Source: an uncultured bacterium (GTDB lineage Bacteria; Patescibacteriota; Dojkabacteria; J137). Taken from it: a stretch of 64,000 nucleotides of DNA. Below the pieces are notes generated by a model that had not been told where the DNA came from, did no database searches, and saw nothing but the letters and a program-made list of their open reading frames with translations. The stretch spans positions 598,431 through 662,430 of the forward strand of contig OY969472.1 of the NCBI GenBank assembly GCA_963700155.1. The letters are read 5' to 3'. This document shows positions 39,722 through 51,242 of the stretch, in pieces; positions within the stretch are counted from its first letter, which is position 1, and each line of letters opens with the position of its first letter. The position numbers and the translations under genes were made by a program.

Positions 39722-40948
39722 ATGCTTTTTAGTAGGAAAAAAAACACAAAAACAAACCAACAAAAGAATCAGTCATTTATTGCCATTGATATTGGTACAG
39801 AGTATGTAAAGACAGTTGTATACGTAAGAAATGATGATGGAGTAGAAGTTATTGGATATAACCAGATGAGACAAAAAGAGTCATCTATGTATGCAGCTTT
39901 TATAATAAGTATAAAGGAAGTTACAGACACAGTTGATAAAAGTATTGGTGAAGCTTTAAATGTTGCAAAAAAAACTGCTGGTGAATCTTTCCAAATGCCG
40001 CAAGAGGCAATAATAGGGATAGCTGGTGAACTTGTTCAAGGAGTAACTGTTATGGTCAATATAGATAGGGAGAATCCAAATTCGGCAATAAATGAGAAAG
40101 AATTAAGAGATTTAATAAAAAAAGTTAAAAGACATACTTTTGAAAATACTAAAGGAGAAATTGCAAAAGAAATTAGTATTAACCCAAGTTTGATTCAAGA
40201 AATTGATACTTATATCAATAGTGTTTATATCGATGGTGTAAGAGTTACAAATCCTTTGGATTTCAAAGGCAATGAACTTATTTATAGAGTATTTTCTACA
40301 TTTGCCCCTAAAATTTATTTAGATTCGTTAAACCAGATAGCAGAAAATTTAAATTTAAAATTAAAAAAAATAGTTGTTGAGCCTTATGCTTTAACCTTGG
40401 GGCTAAAAGGTATGAGAGATACAAACTCAAGTGCAATAGTAATTGATATTGGAGGAGGAACTACAGATGTAGCCCTTGTTCAGAATGGAGATATTATTGG
40501 AACTAAAATGTTTGCAATCGGTGGAAGAGTGTTTACTAAAAGAGTAGAAAAAGAGTTAGGTATAAGTTTTGAAGAAGCTGAACAAACAAAGATCGATTAT
40601 TCAAATGGGAAAATTGATAAAAATACTGCAGATAAACTCGCAAGGGTTTTTACAGCAGATGTAAAAGTATGGTTAACAGGAGTTGAAATTTGTTTAGAAG
40701 AGTTTGAAGATACAAGTGAATATCCATCAACTATTTATTTATGCGGTGGAGGAGCCTTATTACCTGAAATACAGGAAGGATTAATTACACATCCATGGAT
40801 GCAGACTTTGAATTTTAAAAAGTATCCAAAAGTTAATTTTGTATTTCCAACAGGAGTTAAAGATATTGTAGATAAAACAAAACTTGCAAATATGCCTACA
40901 GATGTAACTCCATTGGCATTAGCAAGAATGGATTTAGAAATTAGTTAG
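39722..40948 (+). CDS. FtsA/PilM-like actin-fold ATPase
   Basis: AIDIGTEYVK, IVVEPYA, IDIGGGTTD, LCGGGALL. Confidence 0.88.
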   Translation: MLFSRKKNTKTNQQKNQSFIAIDIGTEYVKTVVYVRNDDGVEVIGYNQMRQKESSMYAAFIISIKEVTDTVDKSIGEALNVAKKTAGESFQMPQEAIIGIAGELVQGVTVMVNIDRENPNSAINEKELRDLIKKVKRHTFENTKGEIAKEISINPSLIQEIDTYINSVYIDGVRVTNPLDFKGNELIYRVFSTFAPKIYLDSLNQIAENLNLKLKKIVVEPYALTLGLKGMRDTNSSAIVIDIGGGTTDVALVQNGDIIGTKMFAIGGRVFTKRVEKELGISFEEAEQTKIDYSNGKIDKNTADKLARVFTADVKVWLTGVEICLEEFEDTSEYPSTIYLCGGGALLPEIQEGLITHPWMQTLNFKKYPKVNFVFPTGVKDIVDKTKLANMPTDVTPLALARMDLEIS

Positions 40949-40971
40949 ATTCTAGCTTTAATATTAATAAA

Positions 40972-43101
40972 ATGGCGATTGTAAGTTCTGAAAAAATTTT
41001 TGTTGATCCTAAAGAAGAGGTAACAACAGTATTAGAAAGAATCCTTAAAAGTGAGAAAAACAGGGTAATTATTGTTTTGCCACAAAATTCTTTATTAATG
41101 AGTAGTTATGTAACAATAGATATCCTTTTTAGAGAAATTGCAAAATCTTCCAAAGTATCTGTAATGGTAACAGAAGATGAATATGGAGCAAATATTGCAA
41201 AGAAAGCAGGATTCCAAGTTGTTTCTAAAGTTAGTCAAGTTACTTCTGACCATTGGGACTTAGCAACTCAAAGTAAGAAAGATTTACTAAATAAGTTAGA
41301 ACTGAGAAAAAGAAAACTGTTAGAAAACTTTCAAGGTGATCAACCAATCGAAGAATCTCCTACAATAACTTCTGAAAATGAAGTTCAAGGTGGGGAGGTT
41401 TTGCCTCCGGAAAGTGCTGAAAATATTGAGAAACCCGAAACTTCAATGGAGGCAAAACCTCCCCTTGAAACAGCTGAAACAATTGAAACAGAGATGTCAG
41501 AAACTCCAGAACCAAAAGAAAAAGTGCTTTCAAAAGAGGAAGCTGCGGAAGAAGAGGCGATAGTTAAAAAGTTTATGAAACCAAGACGAGAGCCTAAAAT
41601 GACAAATATTGAAGGTATTGAAATTCTTAGTGGTGGGGATATACTTAATGAGAATCATGATAAAGAAAATTATGATAAAATAGAAGGCTTAAATGAGAAT
41701 AGTAATATTATGAATGATATAGGTTCAGAAGAATCACCGGATGAAAATATTATCCCTGCAAGAAGACTCCCTGAGAGAAGAGTTTCTAATTTTACAGGTA
41801 AAGATTTTACCAGAGCTGTTGGCAAAGGTATTTCGATTGGTGGCTTTTTCAACTTCTTTAAAAGAGGACCAAAAGCAAATATTTTTCAAGATAATGAACT
41901 TAGAAGAGGAAATAACAAAAAAAGAAGGAAATTTATTTTATTTGGTATTGCAGCGTTTGTCTTTTTATTTTTACTAGGTGGTTATGTTTTAGCTTTTCAG
42001 TCTTCTTCAGTAAATATTACGCTACAACTAAAAAAAGAGAATGTGAGCACTTCAGCTTCAATTATTGTTGATACAACTGCTGATCAAGTTACATATGATC
42101 CTTTAACAATTCCAGGCATTGTTCTTAAACAGGATGATTTAAGTATTTCTAGAACTGGTGAAGCTAATGGTACTGGTGAAACTGGAGATAAAGCTACAGG
42201 ACTTATTGATTTGATTAATATTATGGATCCAACTACAGAGATAGTTCTTAATAAAGGTACAAAAGTCACTAGTGTTTCTAATAATTTAGTTTATGTATTA
42301 ACAAAAGATACTACGGTTCCAAAAGCAACTAAGGATTCGGAAGGTGTAATAGTTCCTAAAAGACTCGAAGACGTTCCTGTAGAAGCTGCAGAAATAGGGA
42401 AGGAATATAATGTTACAGGGACTGATTCAAATACTACATTTACTGTAGAAGGTTATTCAAGGTCAACTCAACTCCAAGCAACAAGATATGTAGATTTTAC
42501 CGGTGGAACTTCCAAGAGTTTTGTTGCGGTTTCAAAAAGTAATGTAAATTCTTTAAAGAAACAGATTTTACCTGATATAAAAAGTGAAGGAGAAACAAAA
42601 TTAAAACTTCAAGTTCCTAATGATTATAGATATCTTCCAGAAACTTTAGAATTTGTTGAAAAAGAAGCAGATGCAAATCCAAAAGTTGGAGAAGCTGCTC
42701 CTGATAAAACTTTTAATTTGTCTTTGGTGGGTTCTGTAACTGCAATTGCTGTTAAGAATGAAGATTTAGAGGCTGCAATTACAAGAATTATTCAGCAGGA
42801 TAAGAATAATGGTGGGAATGTATCTGTTCAAGGAATAGAGGATCTAAGTATTGATAAAGTTGAAAAGTCTGATGATAAACTGGTTTTGACTGTGTCTTCA
42901 AAGAGTTCTTTACAAAAGAATCTAACAATTGATCAGATAAAAAAGGATATCGCAGGAAAGAATATCACTGAGGCAAAAGACTATTTGAATCTTTTAGAAG
43001 AAGTTGATAAATATTCATTCTCATTCTCTCCGGATATAGTTCCTTTAAGTCTTCAACGTGTTCCGACTGATTTGTCCAGAATTAATATAAAAACTCAGTA
43101 A
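40972..43101 (+). CDS. Bitopic membrane protein with a baseplate J-like C-terminal domain
   Basis: N-terminal alpha/beta domain, acidic linker, KKRRK + TM, then ATG.I...N, KGT.V, VPVEAAEIGKEYNV and FTGG. Confidence 0.75.
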   Translation: MAIVSSEKIFVDPKEEVTTVLERILKSEKNRVIIVLPQNSLLMSSYVTIDILFREIAKSSKVSVMVTEDEYGANIAKKAGFQVVSKVSQVTSDHWDLATQSKKDLLNKLELRKRKLLENFQGDQPIEESPTITSENEVQGGEVLPPESAENIEKPETSMEAKPPLETAETIETEMSETPEPKEKVLSKEEAAEEEAIVKKFMKPRREPKMTNIEGIEILSGGDILNENHDKENYDKIEGLNENSNIMNDIGSEESPDENIIPARRLPERRVSNFTGKDFTRAVGKGISIGGFFNFFKRGPKANIFQDNELRRGNNKKRRKFILFGIAAFVFLFLLGGYVLAFQSSSVNITLQLKKENVSTSASIIVDTTADQVTYDPLTIPGIVLKQDDLSISRTGEANGTGETGDKATGLIDLINIMDPTTEIVLNKGTKVTSVSNNLVYVLTKDTTVPKATKDSEGVIVPKRLEDVPVEAAEIGKEYNVTGTDSNTTFTVEGYSRSTQLQATRYVDFTGGTSKSFVAVSKSNVNSLKKQILPDIKSEGETKLKLQVPNDYRYLPETLEFVEKEADANPKVGEAAPDKTFNLSLVGSVTAIAVKNEDLEAAITRIIQQDKNNGGNVSVQGIEDLSIDKVEKSDDKLVLTVSSKSSLQKNLTIDQIKKDIAGKNITEAKDYLNLLEEVDKYSFSFSPDIVPLSLQRVPTDLSRINIKTQ

Positions 43102-43143
43102 ATAAATTCAGTAATTATATATTATTCCTTGTGTAGTAGTTAA

Positions 43144-43199
43144 TTGACAATTTCGTACTTGAATTGATATTATTAGCATGCGCTCATATAAACTGCTAA
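43144..43199 (+). promoter_or_regulatory. groESL promoter with a degenerate CIRCE element
   Basis: TTGACA at 43144, TGaTATTAT -10; TTAGCAtgc-N9-aacTGCTAA at 43173-43199 has the exact 27-bp CIRCE geometry. Confidence 0.75.
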
Positions 43200-43234
43200 G
43201 CGCTTCAAACAAATTATTTATTATTTAATTATTT

Positions 43235-43543
43235 ATGGCAAAAACTGTAAAAGGTATAAAGCCAGTTGGCGAATATATTCTTGTAAAACCTGAAGAAGAT
43301 CAGGAACAAACAACTGCTTCAGGTTTGATAATTCAATCTTCCAGCAAAGGTGAGAGACCTCAAAAAGGAACAATCATTGCTTTAGGGAAAGGGAGAAGAG
43401 ATGAGAATGGAAAACTGGTTGAGTTTAATGTTTCAGAAGGTGATATTGTTATGTTTAAAAAATATTCTCCAGAAGAGATTGAATTAGATGGAGAAAAGCT
43501 ATTACTGATGAAAGAATCAGATATTTTAGCAATTATAGAATAA
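43235..43543 (+). CDS. groES: Co-chaperonin GroES
   Basis: IKPVGEYILVKP, TTASGLII, GTIIALGKG, ESDILAI. Confidence 0.97.
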   Translation: MAKTVKGIKPVGEYILVKPEEDQEQTTASGLIIQSSSKGERPQKGTIIALGKGRRDENGKLVEFNVSEGDIVMFKKYSPEEIELDGEKLLLMKESDILAIIE

Positions 43544-43570
43544 TTATTTAGATATTAAATATTAATTTAA

Positions 43571-45205
<1,635 letters not shown>

Positions 45206-45211
45206 TCCAGG

Positions 45212-45237
45212 AAAACCCCTCGAAAGAGGGGTTTTTT
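45212..45237 (+). terminator. Intrinsic terminator after groEL
   Basis: AAAACCCCTC-GAAA-GAGGGGTTTTTT. Confidence 0.92.
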
Positions 45238-45258
45238 AATTTTTAACTAAAAAATTTT

Positions 45259-45858
45259 ATGACAAATAATAGTCTAGTACAGCAGCCAATAAAGAAAACT
45301 GCCTATATAGTTTATAATGATATTATAGATGAGCCTAGAATTCAGTGGTTTATGACACAATTAGGAGGGCTTTTCTCATCTAATAATTATGATAAATTTG
45401 TAATCTTAATTTCATCAAATGGTGGAGATCCAGCAGCAGGTTTGACAGCATATAATTTTTTAAGAAGTTTACCGCTAAAAGTAGTTACGCATAGTATTGG
45501 ATACGTACATTCCGCAGCAGTTATTCTTTTTCTAGCTGGAGAAGAAAGATACTCGTGTGAAGGTAGTACTTTCTTGATACATAGTATAGCATTTAACCTC
45601 CCAAATGGAGGCCAGATAACCCCAATTAATTCTGGAGATATAGATTCCGTAATCAAGGTAAATAATGAGACTGCGAGAAAGATATATAAAGAACGAACAA
45701 CTTTAACTGCACAAAAAATTACCGGATTGCTAAAATCTAACATATTACAAGATACCAAATTTGCTAAGGATTATAGTCTTATCAATGAAGTCAAACCTAT
45801 TGAAATTAAAGATGGTGATTTATTTGTTGTTAACTATATTGCCCAGGCTCCTAAGTAA
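45259..45858 (+). CDS. Divergent ClpP-like peptidase
   Basis: ISSNGG..AGL..YN, GYVHSAA (Ser), FLAG.ER, FLIH (His), DYSLINEV. Confidence 0.82.
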   Translation: MTNNSLVQQPIKKTAYIVYNDIIDEPRIQWFMTQLGGLFSSNNYDKFVILISSNGGDPAAGLTAYNFLRSLPLKVVTHSIGYVHSAAVILFLAGEERYSCEGSTFLIHSIAFNLPNGGQITPINSGDIDSVIKVNNETARKIYKERTTLTAQKITGLLKSNILQDTKFAKDYSLINEVKPIEIKDGDLFVVNYIAQAPK

Positions 45859-45955
45859 ACTAGAATAGCTAGTCTATTTCTTACTAAGGCTGATTAGTGT
45901 AAAATTAGCTCAAGAAGCTATTTTAGCTTTTTGTTCTTAGCTCTTAGTTTAAAAC

Positions 45956-46288
45956 ATGTTCACATTCGCAATTAATTTTATTGTCTGGTGGTATCTAATA
46001 AAGTCTAGAGAATTCTTTACTTCAGAAGTCTTTGGTGGCTTTATATTCCAAATGAACTACACTAGAACTTTACCAATGGTGCGAAATTTTACTACACCAT
46101 TATTTAGAGATAGTTCATCTTTTGGCAAATCGATAAGTATTTTTATAAAATTTTGGTGGATAGGTTTTGGAACAATAGTAAGCTTAATAAAAATAATTCC
46201 CAAATTTCTAATATTTTTAGTGATTATTTCATTACCGATAATTCCGGTAATTCAATTCATTCTCTTTTTAACGAGAACTTTAGTATGA
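45956..46288 (+). CDS. Small membrane protein coupled to the Clp ATPase
   Basis: Hydrophobic, WWY motif; its stop overlaps the next ATG (ATGA at 46285-46288). Confidence 0.7.
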   Translation: MFTFAINFIVWWYLIKSREFFTSEVFGGFIFQMNYTRTLPMVRNFTTPLFRDSSSFGKSISIFIKFWWIGFGTIVSLIKIIPKFLIFLVIISLPIIPVIQFILFLTRTLV

Positions 46289-48882
46289 AAGTATTAACAG
46301 GTAAAAGACAACTTGCAACTTTTAAAAACTCATTAATCTATGTTGATTTTGATGAGCTCCTTAGATACAAAGGGGAGCGTTTATCAATTGTAAGAGCAGA
46401 GTACGGATTTGGTAGAATGTTTTTTTATGGTGGTTTATTCTTATTTTTCGGTTCTTTAATATTATTATTTCTTGCTGGTGAGTTGAAATTTAATGCTATC
46501 GTTCTGCCTATAGATATCTTGGAGTTAATGCCTAGTATTTCACTCCTCCCTATTACTTTTGGATTTTATTTATCAAGAAATAGAGATATTTTTGATCATA
46601 AAATAAAAGATAATTTGTCTGATGAAATAATCAGTAATTTTGCCTCACATGATGAAGTTACAAATAAAGAAATTGATATTTCTGTGCTAATGTCAATTAA
46701 ATTGAAGTCATTTATGGATTATGCATATTTTAATCATAATCAGGACTTTTTAATCGAAACTTTAAATTACGCGTTTTCCCAGAAGAGTAGCAATTTGTTC
46801 ATTGAAAAAAGGCTTGGATTAAATCTGGGAAGTTTGCGTGAAGCTTCAATTAAATATTTCTTAGATAAAAATACTTCATTTGATGCAATTTATTTTGATC
46901 TATTCATAAGACTTTTTGATGAAGCAGTGAAATTTGAGAGTGAAAAAATTGATGATGATATCTTATTCTTTACCTTACTTAAATATTATCTTGTAAATGT
47001 TTTATTAGATTTTGGAATAACAGAACTTGAACTAGAAGGGTTAAGACGTTGGTTTAAAAATGAAAATAAGAAAAACGAGTACTACAGAAGATGGCAGAGA
47101 TTATCTAAACTAAAACCTAAAGGAGCAATCAACAGTACTTATACTTCAAAGGCAACCCCAACTCTAGATCAGTATGGGATTGATTTTACAAATTCAATTT
47201 CAAATAGAAATTTTGTACTTACATTAGGAAAAGAGTATGAAATGGGTTTGATTTTAAATATGCTCCAGAGGGAGAATGGAACAGCGATTATGATTTTAGG
47301 AGAACCAGGGGTAGGGAAGACTCAATTTATTAAACATCTCGCAACAAGAATGGTTGTCGAAGATGTTCCAAAAACATTACAAGATTATAGATTAGTAGTT
47401 TTAGATTTAAACAAGATATTTACACAAACTTCAACAGTTGAAAATTTCAAAGTGTCAATTCAGAAAATGGTAGATGAGGTCAAAAACTCAGGAAATATTA
47501 TTATTTGCTTCGAAGAAATTAGTCAAATATTCAATATTAGGGATGAGGGGAAACTTGAAGTTATTAATCTTTTAACAAATTCTATCGATAATTCACATAT
47601 AAAAATCCTAGCAACTGCTACACCTGAAAATTACAAAGATTATATTCAACCGAATAAATCGTTTGCTTCAAAGTTCGAAAATATTACACTAAAAGAACCA
47701 GATCCTAATGTACTTTTACAAATTCTGCTTGATGAAATACCAAGGCTAGAATCTAAATATAGGGTTAGTATTCAAATTACCGCTATAAAAAGAATCGTTG
47801 AATTTGGATATAAGTTTGATTATGAACGTGCGATGCCTGATAAAGGAATAGATTTGCTTGAAGAAGCTATTGTTAATGCACAAGCAAAAGGTTTGAACTA
47901 TCTAGACTTAGATACAGTTGATGAACTATTTAAAAATAAAACAGGAGTTAATGTTGGAACAATAAGTGAAGCTGAATCCAGTAATTTGCAGAAACTTGAA
48001 AGTAAAATGCATGAAAGAGTAATAGGTCAGGATGATGCTATTCATGCTATAGCCTCAGCGATCAGAAGATCTAGATCGGGATTAAGTAATAAGAAAAGAC
48101 CGATTGCTTCATTCTTATTTTTTGGACCAACAGGTGTAGGAAAAACTGAAGTAGCCAAAACCTTGGCTGAAACTTATTATGGTGATGAAAATTTAATGAT
48201 CAGGATAGACATGTCTGAGTATCAAGAAGATAAAAATCTAGATAGATTGATAGGGTATACCGATGAGAAAGGAACTTTTAATGGGGGATATTTAACTGAG
48301 AAGGTAAAATCAAGACCATTTTCACTAATCCTTTTTGATGAAATAGAGAAGGCCAATAGAAAAGTTTTAGACTTGTTTTTACAAATTCTTGATGATGGTT
48401 TTGTAACTGATGGATTGGGAAGAAGAGTAGACTTTACAAATACAATAATAATAATGACTTCTAATGCTGGAACAAAAGAAATTACAGAGCTTTTGAATCA
48501 GGGGGTGAAATATCATGATATAGAAAGAAAAGTATTAAATATTTTAAGAGATAATTTTAAAATTGAATTTCTTAATAGATTTGATAAGTTGGTAATGTTT
48601 AAAAGCTTAAGTCAAAATGAGGTTAAAAAAATAGTTTCTTTGATGTTGAATCAGTTAAATGATAAATTAGGTGAACAAGGGATTTCAATTAGCTGGAACA
48701 AAGATACAGAAAAAGAAATTTCTCAGATAGGATATAGTGAAATTTATGGAGCTAGAGAGCTAAGAAGAGTTATACAGGAACAAATTGAAGATCAATTGGC
48801 AGATTTAATAATCACAGGAGATTTGAAGAGTGGTAAAACTGCTGTATTTGAAGGGGTAAAAGTGGTAAAAATTAATGATTAG
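46285..48882 (+). CDS. Clp/Hsp100 double-AAA+ ATPase with N-terminal TM segments
   Basis: Two hydrophobic segments near the N-terminus; TPTLDQYG, GEPGVGKT, MPDKGIDLL, RVIGQ, GPTGVGKTE, RIDMSEY, DEIEKA, GARELRR. Confidence 0.92.
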   Translation: MKVLTGKRQLATFKNSLIYVDFDELLRYKGERLSIVRAEYGFGRMFFYGGLFLFFGSLILLFLAGELKFNAIVLPIDILELMPSISLLPITFGFYLSRNRDIFDHKIKDNLSDEIISNFASHDEVTNKEIDISVLMSIKLKSFMDYAYFNHNQDFLIETLNYAFSQKSSNLFIEKRLGLNLGSLREASIKYFLDKNTSFDAIYFDLFIRLFDEAVKFESEKIDDDILFFTLLKYYLVNVLLDFGITELELEGLRRWFKNENKKNEYYRRWQRLSKLKPKGAINSTYTSKATPTLDQYGIDFTNSISNRNFVLTLGKEYEMGLILNMLQRENGTAIMILGEPGVGKTQFIKHLATRMVVEDVPKTLQDYRLVVLDLNKIFTQTSTVENFKVSIQKMVDEVKNSGNIIICFEEISQIFNIRDEGKLEVINLLTNSIDNSHIKILATATPENYKDYIQPNKSFASKFENITLKEPDPNVLLQILLDEIPRLESKYRVSIQITAIKRIVEFGYKFDYERAMPDKGIDLLEEAIVNAQAKGLNYLDLDTVDELFKNKTGVNVGTISEAESSNLQKLESKMHERVIGQDDAIHAIASAIRRSRSGLSNKKRPIASFLFFGPTGVGKTEVAKTLAETYYGDENLMIRIDMSEYQEDKNLDRLIGYTDEKGTFNGGYLTEKVKSRPFSLILFDEIEKANRKVLDLFLQILDDGFVTDGLGRRVDFTNTIIIMTSNAGTKEITELLNQGVKYHDIERKVLNILRDNFKIEFLNRFDKLVMFKSLSQNEVKKIVSLMLNQLNDKLGEQGISISWNKDTEKEISQIGYSEIYGARELRRVIQEQIEDQLADLIITGDLKSGKTAVFEGVKVVKIND

Positions 48883-48908
48883 CAATTTTAGTTATTAAAA
48901 ATGCATAC

Positions 48909-49271
48909 GTGAAAAAATTAAAAGGAACAATATTAACTTTACTAGTTGTTTATATAGGTTATCCTGCAATTGTATTTGCACAAAATGTTGGGCAAGTAAC
49001 AATACCAAATCCCTCAGGTTATAATAGTCTTGAAGAATTGATTAATGCAGGATTAAGTTTATTGAGACCACTTTTTATAGTTACTTTTGCGGCAATGATT
49101 ATGTATGGAGCTTGGACTTGGTTAACTTCACAAGGAGATGCAGAAAAGATTGGAAGAGCTCGAAAAATAATCATTGCCGCAGTCATAGGTTTTGCAATTG
49201 CTGTATTGGCACCATCTATAGCCGGAATTGTTGCAAACTTTATTAAATTACAAGGATTTAATGGAATATAA
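48909..49271 (+). CDS. VirB2/TrbC-like pilin 1
   Basis: Signal-like VFA, then TM-(GAWTWLTSQGDAEKIGRARK)-TM. Confidence 0.85.
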   Translation: MKKLKGTILTLLVVYIGYPAIVFAQNVGQVTIPNPSGYNSLEELINAGLSLLRPLFIVTFAAMIMYGAWTWLTSQGDAEKIGRARKIIIAAVIGFAIAVLAPSIAGIVANFIKLQGFNGI

Positions 49272-50106
49272 ATTTAGTAATAAATTAAAAAGCTTTACAA
49301 TAATAATCTTTATAGGATTCATTTTTGTATTCGGATCGTTTATTTATACCCATAAAGCATATGCTTCAATAATATGTTCAGGTGATACAGGGCCTTGTTC
49401 TGGAATGGCTGTTGGAAGGGATGGATGTTATTCAGGTGGTATTCCTAGTGTTTGTGAACCAAAGGATTTTAATTCTGGACCTACAAATAGTGCTGTTAGT
49501 TGTCAATGCGTACAATCAAATCAAGATGTCTTACAACAAATTGATACATGGAACAATAAATATGCAACTTCGTCAGCATCATCTTGTGAAAATGGTATTC
49601 CTTCAGCTTGTACTGATAGTTATGTACCTGATTTTGCATGTATTAATAAGAAGATTATAGATCCTGGATATGCTTGCTGTGAAAATACATGCATAGATTC
49701 TTCAGGCAATCCAACTTCAGGAGTATCTGATCCAGGGTTAGAGAAATATAGAGAGTTTGGGATATTAGGATTAACAGTTAAAATAACTCCTGAAAGTATA
49801 CCATCACTTATTAATGTATTGTTATCTACTTTCTTGGGAATAATCGCTCTATATGCATTGTTTAGAGGAATTTATGTAGCGGCTATAAAAAGAACTCAAG
49901 CTACAGAAGAAAATCTTGAAGCTGTTAATAAGGAGCTGACAAATATAGTGATAGCATTTGTTATTGCTTTTGCATCAATCTTTATTATTCAGTTAGTATT
50001 TAATTTACTTGGACTAGGGTCTTTAAATAAATTTAATGTAAACTTTACGAATGAAGATACTAGCGGACCTGCTTTAGTTATAAATAGTAATGGCTCTCAA
50101 CAATAA
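49261..50106 (+). CDS. VirB2/TrbC-like pilin 2 with a Cys-rich N-terminal domain
   Basis: AYA signal site, Cys-rich low-complexity domain, C-terminal TM-(EENLEAVNKELTN)-TM. Confidence 0.75.
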   Translation: MEYKFSNKLKSFTIIIFIGFIFVFGSFIYTHKAYASIICSGDTGPCSGMAVGRDGCYSGGIPSVCEPKDFNSGPTNSAVSCQCVQSNQDVLQQIDTWNNKYATSSASSCENGIPSACTDSYVPDFACINKKIIDPGYACCENTCIDSSGNPTSGVSDPGLEKYREFGILGLTVKITPESIPSLINVLLSTFLGIIALYALFRGIYVAAIKRTQATEENLEAVNKELTNIVIAFVIAFASIFIIQLVFNLLGLGSLNKFNVNFTNEDTSGPALVINSNGSQQ

Positions 50107-50123
50107 ATTAGTTTATTTATATT

Positions 50124-50663
50124 ATGAAAAAAAATATTTTAAAAATTTCAGGTTTTATTTTTCTTTTTGTGACATTAACCTTAAATTTGATAGTATATGC
50201 TGCTAATAATGATGCTAATTTAAATGTAGGTGATCTTAATCTACAGTCAATAAGAATTCCACTTTTCCTGCCATTTGATCCTAAATTCGGATCCTCTTTA
50301 ACAGTATTTTCATGGATAACTTATATTGGGATAATTGCTACTGGAGCTATAATTGTTTTCTGGATATATTTAATCATTAGAACTGCAGTAAAAGCAATGC
50401 AGAGTCATGGAGAAGCTGATGCATTGGCAGATGTAAGTAAAAGATTTAGATCAATTTTTATAGGAATGTTTATAACATTCCTTTTCCCAATAGTATTAAG
50501 TGTAATAGGTGTTTTATTAGGAGTAGGTACGATATTCGCTTGGCCAAAAATGTTTAGTCGTTGTGATAATCATAGCGGAAGTACAGGTTATGAGTACTAT
50601 TTTCAAGCGTATCTTGAGTTAGGTGGGGATGATGCTGATGTTCGTTGCGGTTATACAACTTAA
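50124..50663 (+). CDS. VirB2/TrbC-like pilin 3
   Basis: VYA signal site, TM-(AMQSHGEADALADVSKR)-TM, Cys pair in the tail. Confidence 0.78.
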   Translation: MKKNILKISGFIFLFVTLTLNLIVYAANNDANLNVGDLNLQSIRIPLFLPFDPKFGSSLTVFSWITYIGIIATGAIIVFWIYLIIRTAVKAMQSHGEADALADVSKRFRSIFIGMFITFLFPIVLSVIGVLLGVGTIFAWPKMFSRCDNHSGSTGYEYYFQAYLELGGDDADVRCGYTT

Positions 50664-50694
50664 ATAATAATTAATCCTTAAATATTAATATAAA

Positions 50695-51162
50695 TTGAAA
50701 AAACCTAAGAATTTAAAATCTAACCTAGCTAAAAGTTTACTCTATTTTTCTATAATTGGATTACTATTTCCAGTTATAGCTTACGCAGATGATAATACAG
50801 GAGGATTGTGCGGAATTCTTCCTTGTCAATTAGCATCTCCATGTCTTGGGACAAACTGTGGTGGTGATTCACTTTCGCTTGTTGGAACTTTATTAGAATT
50901 TGCTTTAAGTTTTATATTTGTCGGGATTTTAATTTTTGGAATATGGCTAATCCTTCAAGCTACCTTAAAGATAATTAGAAGTGAGGGGAATGAAGAGCAA
51001 GTTCAATCTGGGTACAAACTAATTAAAGGAGCTTATACTGGAATAGTATTAATATTTGTTGGAATAATTGGATTAGTTGTAGTTTTTGCATTATTTAATG
51101 CAACTGATATTTTTAAAGTAGGGACGGGAAATATACCAGAATTATCAGCACCAACTCAGTGA
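50695..51162 (+). CDS. VirB2/TrbC-like pilin 4
   Basis: AYA signal site, 4-Cys N-terminus, TM-(IRSEGNEEQVQSG.K)-TM. Confidence 0.8.
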   Translation: MKKPKNLKSNLAKSLLYFSIIGLLFPVIAYADDNTGGLCGILPCQLASPCLGTNCGGDSLSLVGTLLEFALSFIFVGILIFGIWLILQATLKIIRSEGNEEQVQSGYKLIKGAYTGIVLIFVGIIGLVVVFALFNATDIFKVGTGNIPELSAPTQ

Positions 51163-51242
51163 TTAAATTATAAAGTAATAACTTGATTTCATCTTTATAT
51201 TGTGTTTTAATGATGAAAATTAATATATGTTAGTTTAAAAAA

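Noticed and set aside
40972-43101. Prophage or contractile injection system
   Set aside because: No sheath, tube, spike, capsid or terminase genes; the baseplate-like domain is on a TM protein among housekeeping genes.
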